Below are positions 26,967-40,776 of a stretch of 64,000 bases of DNA, in pieces. The DNA is taken from positions 203,856,001 to 203,920,000 of the forward strand of contig JBITNC010000001.1 of NCBI GenBank assembly GCA_050084985.1, in the 5' to 3' direction. The translations under genes and the position numbers were made by a program. Under the pieces are notes generated by a model. That model worked only from the letters and a program-made list of their open reading frames with translations, was not told the DNA's origin and searched no databases. This stretch comes from Nageia nagi (Eukaryota; Plantae; Pinophyta). Position 1 is the first letter of the stretch. Each line of letters starts with the position of its first letter.

Positions 26967-29900
26967 TGTTATACTCAAAATAATAATTATTAGAGTTATT
27001 TAATAATATTTAATTTAACCAATTAATAAATAAATGACAATGAATAGTAGTAAAACGAACATTGACAATGATCCGATCAACTTGATTAACTTTAACCTAT
27101 CAAATTAGATTAAAGAAAGATACAAACATGTACTTTACTTATCACAATGAATAGAAGAGATATTCGATCGAGAGTGGACAAATAGGGAGCTTCTTCGAAA
27201 GATGAGCCACTAATTGAACCTCAACCCAACAATGATGCTAGGATCCCAACGATGTCACCCGACTACCATTCTAGTTCGCCTTTCCCTTTTGCTCGATGTT
27301 GTCATCACACCTTTGATGCTCAGAATATCGTGGGCACATGGGTTCAAAAGATTGCAAGAATGCAAAACTTGGTGTATAAAGAAATCCATATATGATAGTG
27401 TGATTGTCGAACTAGGGTTCACTCCTCAAATGTGCCTAAGGAGAGGGACGTTTGGCTCCTAGCTCTGAATTTGTTTAGACAAGCTCAAAATGCATAAATA
27501 TTTCGACGATTTGCTAGAAATGTAAAATATGATTTCAAACTTGCAAAAATACCTTTAAAACCCAACATCTAGCTATGATGAGCAAATACGAAATTAACAC
27601 AAGCAAATACCTATGGTATTCCACTAACTCAATTAGGGAGGAAAAACAAGAAATAAACAATGTAAATACCATTTCATATCCAATGTCCAAGCATAGAGAG
27701 ACAGCAAGAATGTAATTATAATGATATAACAATGGCAAAAGCATAATTACAATATTTTTGTCTACCGAAGGAGCTTGTACCAAGATTATCTCTAATAAGG
27801 TTATGTTGGAGGGCTCTAAGGCCTTACTAATCACAGGAGTAGTCAAGTGCAAATCAAGTCTCCTCTGCAGCAACTGTGATAGAACCAACAACATTCCTTT
27901 CAAGATGGTTGGAGTAAGTTTTAGGTTAGCCTCTTCTCACCTCAATACCTCAAATGCAGGTTGCTCTACAAATGGCGAAGAGAGAGTTCTCACACTCAAT
28001 TAAAAAAAGGGTTTAATATCAATAATTAACACATCTCATAATGACTAAGTGTCCTTTTATATGCGAGGGTGATCATCCTCTAATCTTGCATTGAGATGAT
28101 TTAACGGTGGAGAGATGTGATTCGTGTGTTCATGCTTGGAACGTTCAAGATGGGGAACCTTGGGATGAATGAAATGCCAACGTCCAAGAGAGGGTGATAC
28201 CGAGGCACCTTGGGATCAATGTCAAAGGTCCAATACTTTAAAGGGGTGACATGGGTCCTTGGGATGCCCAATCCTCCAACATGGGGGTGATATAATCTCT
28301 ATATGCCCAAGTATGGGGGCCTTTTAATGCCTCAGGGTGCGAAATTCCTCTTTTGTAGTGCCACATCCAACTTTGGAGCTCCAAATGACCTTGTAGTTGG
28401 TGCAATCAGCTAGAGGGATGCTCTACTTCGAAGAGAGGAGCACTAATGATTAAAGATACATTAAATGTCAATAATACATTCATCAAGTTTAAAATATGCA
28501 ACATCTCTCTTAAGGAGATTAATATTGCATTTACAAATATAATTGCCTTGGTATAACAAATACATCATTATTGATATTTAGTAATTAACTAAATACAAAA
28601 TAAAAAAATAAAAGGGTCATTTGTTTCATAATTAGAGCTTTGCTAATTCTCTAAGTGTAATTTACATCATTTTGGCTAATTTCTACCAAATTATACAAAA
28701 TCACAATTAAATTAATATTTCCATTTATCATAGGTGAAATGGAGAAAACACCTAAAAAATGGGAACATTACAAGTTCGTCCTTCCCAAATTGGTTGTCCC
28801 CAAGCAATTCGAAAAATCTACTACTACAACATCTTCTTGGTTGATCCGAGAATCTTCAAGTTATGCCTTCTTTCTAGTAGCTTCTATCTTATGGAATTTG
28901 GTATTTGCCTCTCTTGGATACTTAATTCCACAAAGTACCACCTCTTTGCCATGCATTTGGAACTTCATCTTCAACGTTTTGGAGTTGGAAACTACTTCTA
29001 GTGTATACAACCATTTTACCCCAAGCACTATGTGTGGTAGTCCTCCAAGGAGAAGAATGTAGAAGTCACTAGTAACCACATAATTTCCCAATTTAACTCT
29101 GATGTTTTCTATTAGCTTGTGGCTAGTTGTACTACTGTTTTGAATTGGTACATCAAACCCTGAGAATTTTTTAGTTTTAAATCCCTTATTTTTTACGAAT
29201 TCTTCATTTATGAAATTATGGGTGGCTCCTCCATCAATGAGTACCATAGTTTTTCTATTATCCATAAGTCCTACTATGATTGTTACAAATTGAGAAGGTC
29301 CCTTTAAAGTAGCCAATGCCCCTCCAATGTCTCGAACTCCTACTTCATGTTGGCATGCATTCATCTCTTCATCCAAGTCTTCTTGCACTTCACATACCTC
29401 TAATTACATGTGCTGAGTCTTTCCGTTTCATCGGTGTCCTCTTTCCTAGGGATTTCGACAAGTAAAATAGAGCTTTTGTTTCCTTAGAGCCTCACATGTG
29501 TCATAATCCAATCTGTTTGTGGGTCTTTGAGTAGGCAGTGGAGGTTTGCCTCTTGTTGGCTCTTTGTTTGCACCTATTGCTTACACCTCTGTTGTAGGAT
29601 TCTTAGTGATAACTCTATTTGGGTAGCTAAATTCCTCTAACAACTTAACCTTACAGATGGCCATAGATAAAGTGGATGGTTCCATGGCTTCTATTAATGT
29701 TCTAATAGGCTCTTGTAAACCATCCATGAAGTGATACACCAATCTTCCATCTTCCATATTAGGGACAGATACAACAATACTTTGAAATTCCTCGATGTAT
29801 GCATTCACTATAGTTGTGTGTCGAAGCATATCCAACTCTTTAAAGTATTCGTCTATATGCTTGTGTTCAAACTTGTTAAGCATCCTTTTGCTAAAATCTT

Positions 29901-31392
29901 CCAAGATCTTGACCTTCCCATACCCTAGCGTAGTAATGCCATTATGCTACCATTCATAGGTTATTCCATCTAAGCACATGGTTGTTGTCTTAATTCCTTC
30001 TTCTTCGTTCATGGGATGAGGAGGGAAATAAGTTTGTAGTTTTTGCAACCAAGCCCTTGTAGACATTTTGTCACTCCCATCAAAAGTAGGTAGGGGCATC
30101 GTGGGTTCCTATCATTTGATGGTTTTTAGGACTTCCAATTTTTTCTCTTGTGGGTCTCCCAGTATGTGTGGTAAGGTACAGTTTTTTTGAATGTATTAGG
30201 CTTAGCCATGTGTTTACAAATGAAAATTCGAGAATGCAAATAAATGAATACCTATAGTCTCGAAGGATATTTGTAGTTTTAAGCTAACAGATAGCAATTT
30301 ATAACAAGAAAAGCTAATATAGAAGATAATGAATAACTGAAATTGAAATGACATCACCAAACAAGACTGAGTTTGTATACTTACCTCATGGAAAGTACCT
30401 GATATCGACGAATGGAAAATAGTGACGAAGCCTCAACAACTAATAGAGCCTGCACTCGAAGTTGTGGAGCAAGGTGATCCAAAGAGAGGGCCATGGGTGG
30501 TCTATTTCATGCTCGAAAAGAGCATCGACGATCTATTTCATCTACAGAGGAGTGTCGACGTTCTTCATTAGACTATAGTCCGTTCTGAATCGACTCTATG
30601 CCTCCACACGAACTCTCGATGATCATAGTTTGCTACTCAGATAAGCTAACAATCGTCAGGATGCTCACATAAGGAAGTACACAAACCCAGCCTTGAATGG
30701 CAATGTCAAGAGACACCTAAAAGATTGCTATCACCAAGACCAGATATGGCATTATTTATCTCATTGATGTGAACTTACTATTAGATCCCTATTTATATAG
30801 ATAATAATATGACCTACTCCTTAGGTTGATATGTACCTACATAAACAAGAATATAGTAAGTCGATGATATATATTGACCATATCCAAGATAACATTAATA
30901 TTCTTAAACTAGGTGTGTATATGTGTGGGCACATATTTCCTAATGTATTAATTTAAGTGCATAAATTAATTTTATGCAATAACATATGACGCACTTTGGA
31001 TAAAAAATTGAAAATCACTAGGTGCATTGATATTTTTCATTCAAAGTACAACCAAGATGTCATAGCAATCAAATATTCATAAGTATTGACAAGCATAATA
31101 CCAACACTAATCAATCTATTTTGATATTGATCTATGATAAAGATATAAGAAAGATGAGCAACATATTGACAAAAGGTATGAGTTTAAGAAAACCCTCTCA
31201 TATGATATCCACTATGTTGCCCCTAGTTGATGTTTGATGTGCTCCATGAGCTCCAATTATGACCTGCAAAAGAAAGAGTTCTAAGGTCCATAGCCATCTA
31301 CCAAGAGGTCATTGACGACAATTACCCATATTTTTGATATGTGGAGTACAACCATCTCATGTCACTGATGGTTTTATCCATTGATCTTATGG

Positions 31393-31632
31393 AAGTTGGA
31401 CTTTCTACCGAGAGACATAATGATAAAATTGGGAGCTAAGACTCTACCAAGAGGTGTATTGCAATGAGTATGAAAGCTGAAACTCTACACCAAGAGGTAT
31501 ATTACAATGAGGGGTGGAGCTGAGGCTCCACCAAGGGGTGTGAAACTAGGATGATGATATGGAAGTTGACTCTATGCCAAGAGGCATGCAAATTTACGAT
31601 TTGAGAGTTGAAACTCTACACCAAGGGGTATC
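31393..31632. repeat. Array of 6 RAGYTRA.ACTCT..CCAAGRGG units in the Tat element 3' UTR
   Basis: Units at about 31393, 31433, 31474, 31517, 31563, 31605. Confidence 0.75.
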
Positions 31633-34600
31633 TAATGATTTTTATTTTTGTTGTTTATGACTGTGAAATAGGATCGTGGGTGATGCTTTCCTGCTAAAAA
31701 TGGAGCGTTGGCGCTCCTCTTTTGACATTGAAATGATCTTTTGTTTTGAATTTGTGCCGTCTGTTCACATGCTTATTCCTATAGTAACATTTTTACGAAA
31801 ACAGACGTACGAGGTGACCCACAAGTCGCTTAGATGTGATACTTATTTAGGTGCCTATCATTGATGGGATTTTTGAGAACCTCCCCATCCAATGCAGATA
31901 ATCTATATGGACCTTTGCCGAAGACCTTTGTAATAATGTATGGGCCAACCCAATTTGGCTCAAACTTTTCTTTAAGTTCATCCTTTGCTGTAGTGTTAGA
32001 AACGTTCTCTTGGAGAACCAAATCCCCAACCTCAAATGCTTTGGGCACCATTTTCTTTCCATAGGCCCTCTTTATTTTTTGCTGACATGTTTTGAGATGC
32101 TCTAATGCATTAATTCTTTTCTCATCTAATGCATCTAGCTGATTTAACCTTGCTTGCCATTGTTGTGGTTCCTTCATGATATCTTTGAGTGCAATTCTCA
32201 AAGAAGGGATCTCAATTTCAAGAGGAATGACTGCTTTATCACCATACACAAGAGAGTATGGAGTAGCACTTGTTGTTGTTCTTTCACTTGTTCTATATGC
32301 CCATAGAGCATATGGTAATTGATCATGCCAATCCCTACCATTCTTTTTGATAGTTTTTGCCAATATTTTCTTGATTGTTTGGTTTGTTGCTTCAGCTTGT
32401 CCATTTCCTTGGGAATAGTAAACTGAAGAGAATTTTTAATATCTTTTCCTTCATTATCCATTATCAACTTTTGAGTTATGCCAAATCTGCAAATGATATA
32501 TTCTTTGATGAAATTGATAACATGTTTTTGTATAGCTATTTTCAAAGCAATTGCCTCAACCCATCTCTTAGAGACAATGTGCCCCAAGAGTTTTCCTGAT
32601 GATACCCCAAATACACATTTTTGAGGTTTGATTCTTAACTTGTACTGCTTCATCATTTCAAATGTTATTTTTACATCCTTGACATGGTCTTATTTATTCT
32701 TTGATTTTATCAAGATATCATCTACATAGACCTCTACTGTTTTATGAATGAAGTCATGAAACATGGCTGTCATTGCTTTTTGATATGTGGCCCTGGCATT
32801 CTTAAGATCAAATGGCATTACCTTGTAGCAAAAGTTGCTCCAAGGAGTTCTAAAAGCTATTTTACGTTGATCACTTTCTTTGATTTTGATTTGATTATAT
32901 CCTGAAAATCCATCCATAAATGATAACATCTCATAACCTGCCAAACTGTCAATGATCATATCTATGTTGGGTAGTGGGAAATCATCTTTCAGACATGCTT
33001 TATTGAGATCTCTGAAATCATCATACTTTAATTTCACCTGTAGGCTTTTTCATCGGGACTACATTGGCCATCCATTCTAAATAATCAATGGATTTAATGA
33101 AGCCAACTTCTAATAGTTTCTCAATTTCCTTCTTGACTAGTAAAGAAACTTGAAAAGATATCTTTCTCGATTTTTGCTTTACAAGAAATACTCCTTTCTT
33201 AACAACCAAGTTATGTACCATAAAATTTTTATCTAATCTAGGGATATCTTTATATGACCATGCAAACAATTCAGAATAATCATAAAAAGATTGAATCAAC
33301 TCATTTTGCAAAGGTTCCTCAAGGAGCTTATCCGTTTTTAAGAGTCGCGGTGTCTCTTGAAAACCAATGTTAACCTTCTCTATCTCATCATTCAACCAAG
33401 TCATCTCTGATTCTGATGTTGTGGGAAATGGCAACTCTCCCAATCCTTCGATTTTATCTTCCATAGATTCACCAAAGCAAGCATGTACATCTAGACAATG
33501 TTTATGAGTCCTCTTTTCATCCTTAGCTGGATATTCAGTTCTAGCACCCATAGATTCTAAGAAAGTATCATCATTCTCAAGCAAGTCTATAGCATGTATT
33601 GCATCTTCATCATCTATTCCACATTCAATAACAAAGCAATTTTGATCATCTCTTACCTGTTCATCTTCTTGCGTTAATAATGAAAAATTGACTTGACCAT
33701 CTCCACAATACAGAATGATGCAACATTTGTTTTCCTTCGTGATTTCCTCTAAAAAGGATCGTTGACAGCCTTCATGGAGCCCAAAGGAGCACAGTTGGTC
33801 CTTTCCCTGAGCCTCTTGCCATCCATCCAAATCTCTCTTCGGACTAATGTTATTGACATTCGTGATGGTGTACGATCCAAATCTTATATCCTTGACGTTA
33901 ATTCTATGTAACACATTTCTATAGATCTGATTATTCTTAGCTAGGGTAGCCTCATCTTTATCACCATATGGAATAAATCTCTTAGGAAGAACATAATTGC
34001 ACTGCTTGGCTATCTGCTCATCTACTTCTACCTTGTAAACATTTTCTTCAAAACAAAACTTGAAACATCTATGCAAAGTCTTTCAAGAATGAAATTGAAA
34101 GAAGGTTTTCTATATGTAATGTAGAAGAAGGTTTGAAGTACTTTGTTTCCTACTTTGATCGAAAGTGTGATGATTCCTACACATTTCTTTGGAACACCAT
34201 CAAACCTCTTAACTCTCATGGTAGTCTCTTCTCTTGGAGTTAATATATCTGAATCAAATTGTGAAAGCGAGTGGTGGTAATATTCAAAGCTGCCCCACCA
34301 TCTATCAATGATCTCTTAACTGTATTGCCAAAGGTATTCACTTCAATAAATAATGGTTGATGTAATCAGGTTACATCCTTGCTAGGCTTTTCACTAGGAT
34401 GAAAAGTGATAACATCTCCTTTACTCCATATTTTTGCCTTTTTCGCAAAAGCAATGATTGAGATGTTCATGTCTATTTAACTATTCTTGAAAATCTGATT
34501 CATCGTTTCTCTATGAGGTTCAGAAATTTAAAGCAATTCAAACAAACTAACCTTGGCTTGTGTATTCTTGAGTTGCTTAATGAGGTCAAAACTTCTCGGG

Positions 34601-35888
34601 TCTTTAGGGAGCTCCTTTTCACATGTGACAGGATCTGTTGCTATCTTGGTCTTCCTCTTGTAAGTGCTGCAAACACTTCATGGAAAATTACATTGATATG
34701 CTGCTCCTCCCCTATATGTTTAACTTCGGTCGGACACACATAGAATCCATCCTCTATGAGCCTTTGTATTTTGTTTCTTAGGCCTCCACACCCATTAGTG
34801 GCATGCCCCTTGGTTTGATGATATTCACAGTATCTGTTTTCCTTATACCATGTTGGCCTCTCTGCTGACTAATCTTTTTGTCACTTAGGTAAAGGTTATA
34901 ATAGTCCCTTTGCCATTAGATCTTTCAAGATAAATCTGGAAGGTATAGGAAACTTTATGAATTTCATTTCTTTCTTTTCATCTGTCTTTTCTGCTACATG
35001 AATGGATTTTTCTTTCTTTGGTGATTGTGGTTACTTATCCTTGGCCCTAAGCTTGTCATCATCTCGATATTTCACAAGCCCTAATTTCACAAGGACTTTT
35101 TCCTTTTCCAATAGCTTATATGTCATATTAGAAAATGCTAGATGTGTATAATCAATGACATAAGATTGTAAGGATAATATGACATCATCTTTGAAGATAT
35201 TGTTTACCTCTTTTTCCGTGAGCTTAGTTTTGATTTGTTGCCATGTCTTTTTGAATCGTATGATAAACTTTTCAAGATTGTCATTACTGCCATGCCTCAT
35301 AGCACATAGTTCCAAAACCATGACTTCATGCTTGATGTTATGCTTATATTGTTCCAAAAATAAGTTGCTCAATTCTCAAAATGATGTAACTGACCTTTCA
35401 GGTAGAGAATAGTAACCTTTCACAAGCCTCTCCTTCCAAACTATATGGAAAGAACTTCGCTTGTAATCTCAAATTCACACTGATTTTGAGCTCACACTCA
35501 TCTTTAAACCCTTGCAAATGTCTCCTAGGATCTCCCTCCCCACTGAACTTACAGAATTTGGGATCTTTATTATCCAATGGCAACATGCACAAACGAATCT
35601 CATCATCAAATTATCTAGCTGAGCTGATCCTCTTGCTAGTTGGTCAATCTGTCTTTGCATACCCTCAATAGTAGCATGAATGTGATCATTATTACTTCCA
35701 TCATCTTGGTCAGCTCCTTCATTAGATGCTTGTGGTCCATCACGCTAAATATCTTTCAAGACCTCATCAAGATCTCTTCTTGAAAGACTTCGCAGGAATA
35801 ATCTTAACTAATCCATGTCTAAAACAACTAACCAAATCACTTATTAGTCCTAACTAAAACCTTAGGGTTTTAACACAACTACTTATGT

Positions 35889-35906
35889 TTCACGTCGAGT
35901 TCACCA
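35889..35906 (-). promoter_or_regulatory. Primer-binding site complementary to tRNA-Trp
   Basis: ttcacgtcgagttcacca versus the recalled plant tRNA-Trp 3' end TTCACGTCGGGTTCACCA (1 mismatch), 2 nt from the LTR. Confidence 0.75.
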
Positions 35907-37404
35907 AATGTTTACAAATAAAAATTCGAGAATGCAAATAAATGAATACCTACAGTCCCAAAGGATATTTGTAATTTTGAGCTAATGGATAGCAATTTAT
36001 AATAAGAAAAGTTGATATAGAAGATAATGAATAATTGGAATCGAAATGACATCACCAAACAAGACTAAGGTTGTATACTTACCTCATGGAACATACCTGA
36101 TATTGACGAATGAAAATAGTGACAAAGCTTCAATAACTAACAAAGTTTGCACCTAAAGTCGTGGAGCAAGGTGATGCAAAGAGAGGGTCGTGGGTATTCT
36201 ATTTTATGCTCAAAAGGAGCGTCGATAGTCTATTTTGTCTATAGAGGAGCGTCAACGATCTTCGTTAGTCTATAGTCCATTCTGAACTGACTTTGTCCCT
36301 CCACACGAACTCTCAATAATCGCAATTTGATACTCAAATAAGCTAACAATCATCAATATGCTCGCATAAGGAAGTACACAAACCCAACCTTGAATGGCGA
36401 TGTTAAGAGACACCTAAAAGACTGCCATCATCAAGACCAGATATGGGATCATGTATCTCCTTGATGTGGACTTACTATTAGATTCCTATTTATATAGATA
36501 ATAACATGACCTACTCCTTAGGTCAGCATGTACCTACATAAACAAGAATATAGTAAGTCGATGATATATATTGACCATATCCAAGATAACATTAATATTC
36601 TTGAACTAGGTGTGTATAAGTGCGGGCACATATTTCCTAATGTATTAATTTAAATGCATAAATTAATTTTATGCAATAACACCATGTACTCTTGAAACAG
36701 TTCATCCATATTTGCTTCCTCTTTCTCATTCCCTTGAATCTGTTTGGGTGTGAAAAGTGACTCCATGATTTGAAGGGATGGAGTATGTCTTAAGGATGCT
36801 TCATTCTTAGTAGGGGTCCCTTGGTTAGTTGCCTTCATTTGTATCATCTCAGTTAAGAGATTGATTAAAGCATCTAACTTTTGTTCGGCCATATCGATAT
36901 TTTGACTCTTGTTCATGCACTAATATTGCCTGTAGATCTCATGGGGCATGAATTGTGAATGCTTGGCTTGAATCTCAACATATACATCCAGTGTAGAAGA
37001 CAGTGCAAAATAGATTTGATCTTCCTTAATCTACCAAGATTACCAACGTCTAACCTCTAATGGATGATTTTTCTCAAACTCGTAGCAAATTGAGCCCCTT
37101 ACACACCCAATGTCTCACTTCTAGCCTCATATTTCGAAGACAACAACAAAATGGTCCCAACGTCTCCTCCTCAGGCTTCCATGGTGCAGATACCGTAGTG
37201 AAATTTAGTCAATAACAACAATTGTCTCTTCTTCTCCTCAACGTCCTCCTTGTAGTTACTTGCAACTTCAAATTTGCTAGAAAATAATGTCCATTATGTC
37301 CAATCACCTTACAAAATCATCAATTCTTGTGTTCCATTATAAAAATTAATTAATACCTACAAGTAATGTCACTTGCGATGCAGTACCAAAACACAATTGG
37401 CCTC

Positions 37405-38135
37405 AACAAGCCAACATCTCACTTTTGGTGTTTTTGAATTACAACAAAGCTTCAAAAAAATCCTTTAGAAACTCAACGTGTAACCTCTAATGACTTCAAA
37501 ATGGAGCAAGGTGTTTAAAAATCCCTCTAGAATCCCAACATTTGGCCTGCAATGATCTTAGAATCCAAGCTAACTTCAAAACAAGTCTCAATGTGCCATG
37601 TTTGCCTTAGAATGACCCCAAAATGTAGCTTGAGCCTTAAAATGTTCCTCAGTATGCCAACGTTCACCTCATGATAGCTTCGAAATGCAGATCAATCTTC
37701 AAAAATGCCCTCAAATTGCTAAGTTCTAGATTTAGGGAACCTTAAAACATGGAATGATCCTACGAGACAACTTCAGTATGCTAATGTTTAGCTTAGGATG
37801 AGCTTGAAAGGCATAATAGACCTCAAAACTCCTTTAGGATACCAACATCTACCTAGAAATGGTCTTGAAATGCAAGAGGTCTCAAAATTCTCCTAATTGG
37901 CCAACATCCTTCTCAAGTAAATCTTGGAATGTAGAACTAGACACAAAAAAACCCTAAAATATGCAATGTATGGCTTTAGGTGGTCTTGGAATGCAACTTA
38001 ATACTCCAAATCTCCCTCAAAATGCCAATGTCCTCCTTATTAGGGCTTCAAATCTCCAAATGAGCCTCAAAATGGTTCCCAAAATACCAACATTTAGCTT
38101 CGAGTTAACCAAGAATGCCAACGTTTAGCTTTAAA
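37405..38135. repeat. Degenerate 61-62-bp tandem array (about 12 units) in the family B leader
   Basis: CCAACRT-like core at about 37411, 37473, 37534, 37595, 37656, 37718, 37779, 37841, 37900, 37963, 38023, 38086. Confidence 0.75.
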
Positions 38136-38690
38136 TGAGCTTAGGATTGCTAGACAATCCCTTCTTCCTCCTTCGAACTTAGTTTTTTTGAGAATGAACT
38201 TCAAACTTGAAATTAAAAATGCTTTTTTTTTTGAAATTGTATCTTTTCAAGCTGGACGAACCTCTTCAATGCCTTAGATTTTGAAATTAAGGCTAGAAAA
38301 TGCCTAATGACTTGTTGGAAGGGTGAGATTCAACTTCTAGACCTCCAACGTCTCACTCGCAACTTCCAGATCCACTGAATGCTCCTTTGAAATGACCACT
38401 GTGATGCTAGGTCAATTCCTCTATGATGTAGACTTTCTCTCTTTCGATAGGACAACAAGATTTCTCAACAAGTATCATTATGAGCACTATGATCCAGTAG
38501 AATATTACAATGAATCTCCTTCAACTCCTTCAGCAAATTCCTTCAACAATAACTCCCTAGCAGGACAGAAAGATCTCCAATTCCTCAACAATTATTTTAT
38601 AGTAGCAAGGGAAAGATTTGAGCTCTTTAAATCCAACTTGAAACCCTTCTTGAATGATGCCCCTAATTCCAACAGGATGGCAGAATCAAG

Positions 38691-38702
38691 GCTCTGATAC
38701 CA
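38691..38702 (-). promoter_or_regulatory. Primer-binding site TGGTATCAGAGC (tRNA-iMet), family B
   Basis: gctctgatacca, 1 nt from the LTR edge at 38704. Confidence 0.92.
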
Positions 38703-40776
38703 CTGTGATGAGTTGAACTAGGGCTTACTCCTCAAATGTGCCCTAGGAGAGGGACGTTTGATTCCAAGCTCTAAATTTGTCCAGATAAGCTCAAAAATGT
38801 ACAAATATTTCAATGACTTTCTAGAAATGCAAAATATGATTTCAAACTTGCAAAAATACCTCCAAAACCTAGTGTTTAGCTATGATGAGCAAATATGAAA
38901 TTAACATAAGCAAATACCTCCAATATTCCAACAACTCAATTAGGTAGCAAAAACAAGAAATAAATAATGTAAATACCACTCAAGATTCAATGTTCAAGCA
39001 CAAAGAGACATAACAATTCGGGATAGCAAGAATGTAATTGTAATGATATAACAATAGCGAAAACACAATTACAATATTTTTGTCTACCTAAGGAGCTTGT
39101 ACTAAGACTACATCCAATAAGGTTATGTTGGATTGATCTAGGATCTCACCAATCGTAGGATTAGTGAGGTACATACCAGGTATCCTCTGCAAAAACTGTG
39201 ATGGAACCAATAATGTTCCTCTCAAGATGGCTAGAGTAAGTTTGAGGGTAGCCTCATCTCACCTCAATACCTCATATGCAGGTTGCCCTACAAGTGATGA
39301 AGAAAGAGTTCTCACACTCAATCTAGAAAAGAGGTTTAATATCAATAATGAACATATCTCATAATGATTAAGTGTACTCATTTTATAGGTGAGGGTGATC
39401 ATCTTCTAATCTTGCATTGAGACGATCTAATGGTGAAGAGATGTGATCTATGTGCTCATGTTTGTAACATCCAAGATGAAAAGCCTTGGAATGGATGAAA
39501 TCACATTTAAGGGCCAAAAATGCCAACGTCCAAGAGTGGGTGATACCAAGGTGTCTTGGGATCAATTACAGATGTTTAATACCCAAGAGGGGTGACATGG
39601 GGCGTTGGGATGCCCAATCCTCCAGCGTGGAGGTGATATAAGCTCTAGATGCCCAACATCCAACTATGGGGGCATTTCAATGCCTCGAGGTGTATGGTTT
39701 CTCTTTTGTAGTGTCACTACAACCTTGGAGCTCCAAATGAACTCGTAGTTCATGCAATCACCTAGAGGGATGTTGTACCTCAAAGAGGAGATCACTAATG
39801 ACTAGAGATACATTAAATGCCAATATTACATTTGTCAAAGCTAAAATATGCAACACCTCTTTTAAGGAGATTAATATTGCATTTACAAATATAATTGCCT
39901 TGGTATTACAAATACATTATTATTGGCATTTAATAATTAACTAAATACAAAATAAATAAATAAATAAATAAATAAAAGAGCTATTGATACCATAATTAGA
40001 GCTTTGCTAAGTCTGTAAGTGGAATTTACATCATTTTGGTCAATTTCTACCAAATTATACAAAATCACACTTAAAAAATGGGGAAATTGCAGATAGGCGA
40101 TGTTAAGAAACAATGATAAAAAATTATACAAGTATATTACCACCTATCAAGGATTCCATATCATGTTATGATTTCTCATGCACAACTCTTCCACCTTATA
40201 AATAATAGGTCTAATGCTAAGGCTTCTCATTAGGCTTATGGTGCACATGGGCCAAGACTCCTTGGGTTTATCTCTAAATCAACTTGTTATCAGAAAACAT
40301 AAAGGTAGATAAATGTGCATGATGATAAGAGCATTTATTTATTTAAATAAATAAATTATTACAAATGCCTAAAAAGGTATTTTAATTAAATTAAAATTCT
40401 TTTTTAAGTGTTAACACATGTCCCACTTTGAATATGATTTGATACTTTTGGAAGAAAAGAAAATCAAAACATAAATTCAAAGTATATCAAGATAAGCAAG
40501 AAGATACTCCCTAAAACATTTCTTCATGGCGAAAACTTTGGATGCCTCAATTTTCACCTATTTTATGCCCCCTCTTTGGCTTGGTTGCAATATGATGAAC
40601 CTCTCATTATATGAGCAATCCAAGGAAAAGATAAATGAACCTAAAACCACCTTAGGTAAGAAACATTTTTGTGCAAGATATCTCAAATATAAACATTAAA
40701 CATCATCATATATGTAAAGCATGTAAATGATGAAATGTCAAACCTATCCTTGGTGATTTACTCACCAAAAGTATGA

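Larger units (their letters stand above)
30211..36681 (-). mobile_element. Tat-like Ty3/gypsy element with both LTRs; gag, protease, RT and IN C-terminal half; RNase H region deleted
   Basis: LTRs 30211-30984 and 35909-36681; TSD CCATG; 'DFRDLNKACLKDDFPLPNID','MDGFSGYNQI','VEVYVDDILIKS','DWHDQLPYALWAYRTS','KFEPNWVGPY'. Confidence 0.93.
27399..40091 (-). mobile_element. Non-autonomous LTR element, family B (gag + protease only), with a nested Tat element
   Basis: LTRs 27399-28772 and 38704-40091; TSD GATAG (27394-27398 / 40092-40096); PBS 38691-38702; gag 36916-36687 plus 30205-29581; protease 'VLIDGGATHNFI...IVLGVKWL' 29388-28861, ending ~90 bp before the 3' LTR. Confidence 0.92.

Noticed and set aside
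31393-31632. CRISPR-like repeat-spacer look
   Set aside because: Cores are degenerate and the array lies in a plant retroelement UTR with no cas genes.
38392-38697. 101-aa plus-strand ORF next to the family B PBS
   Set aside because: No recognisable motif and only one copy is available for comparison.
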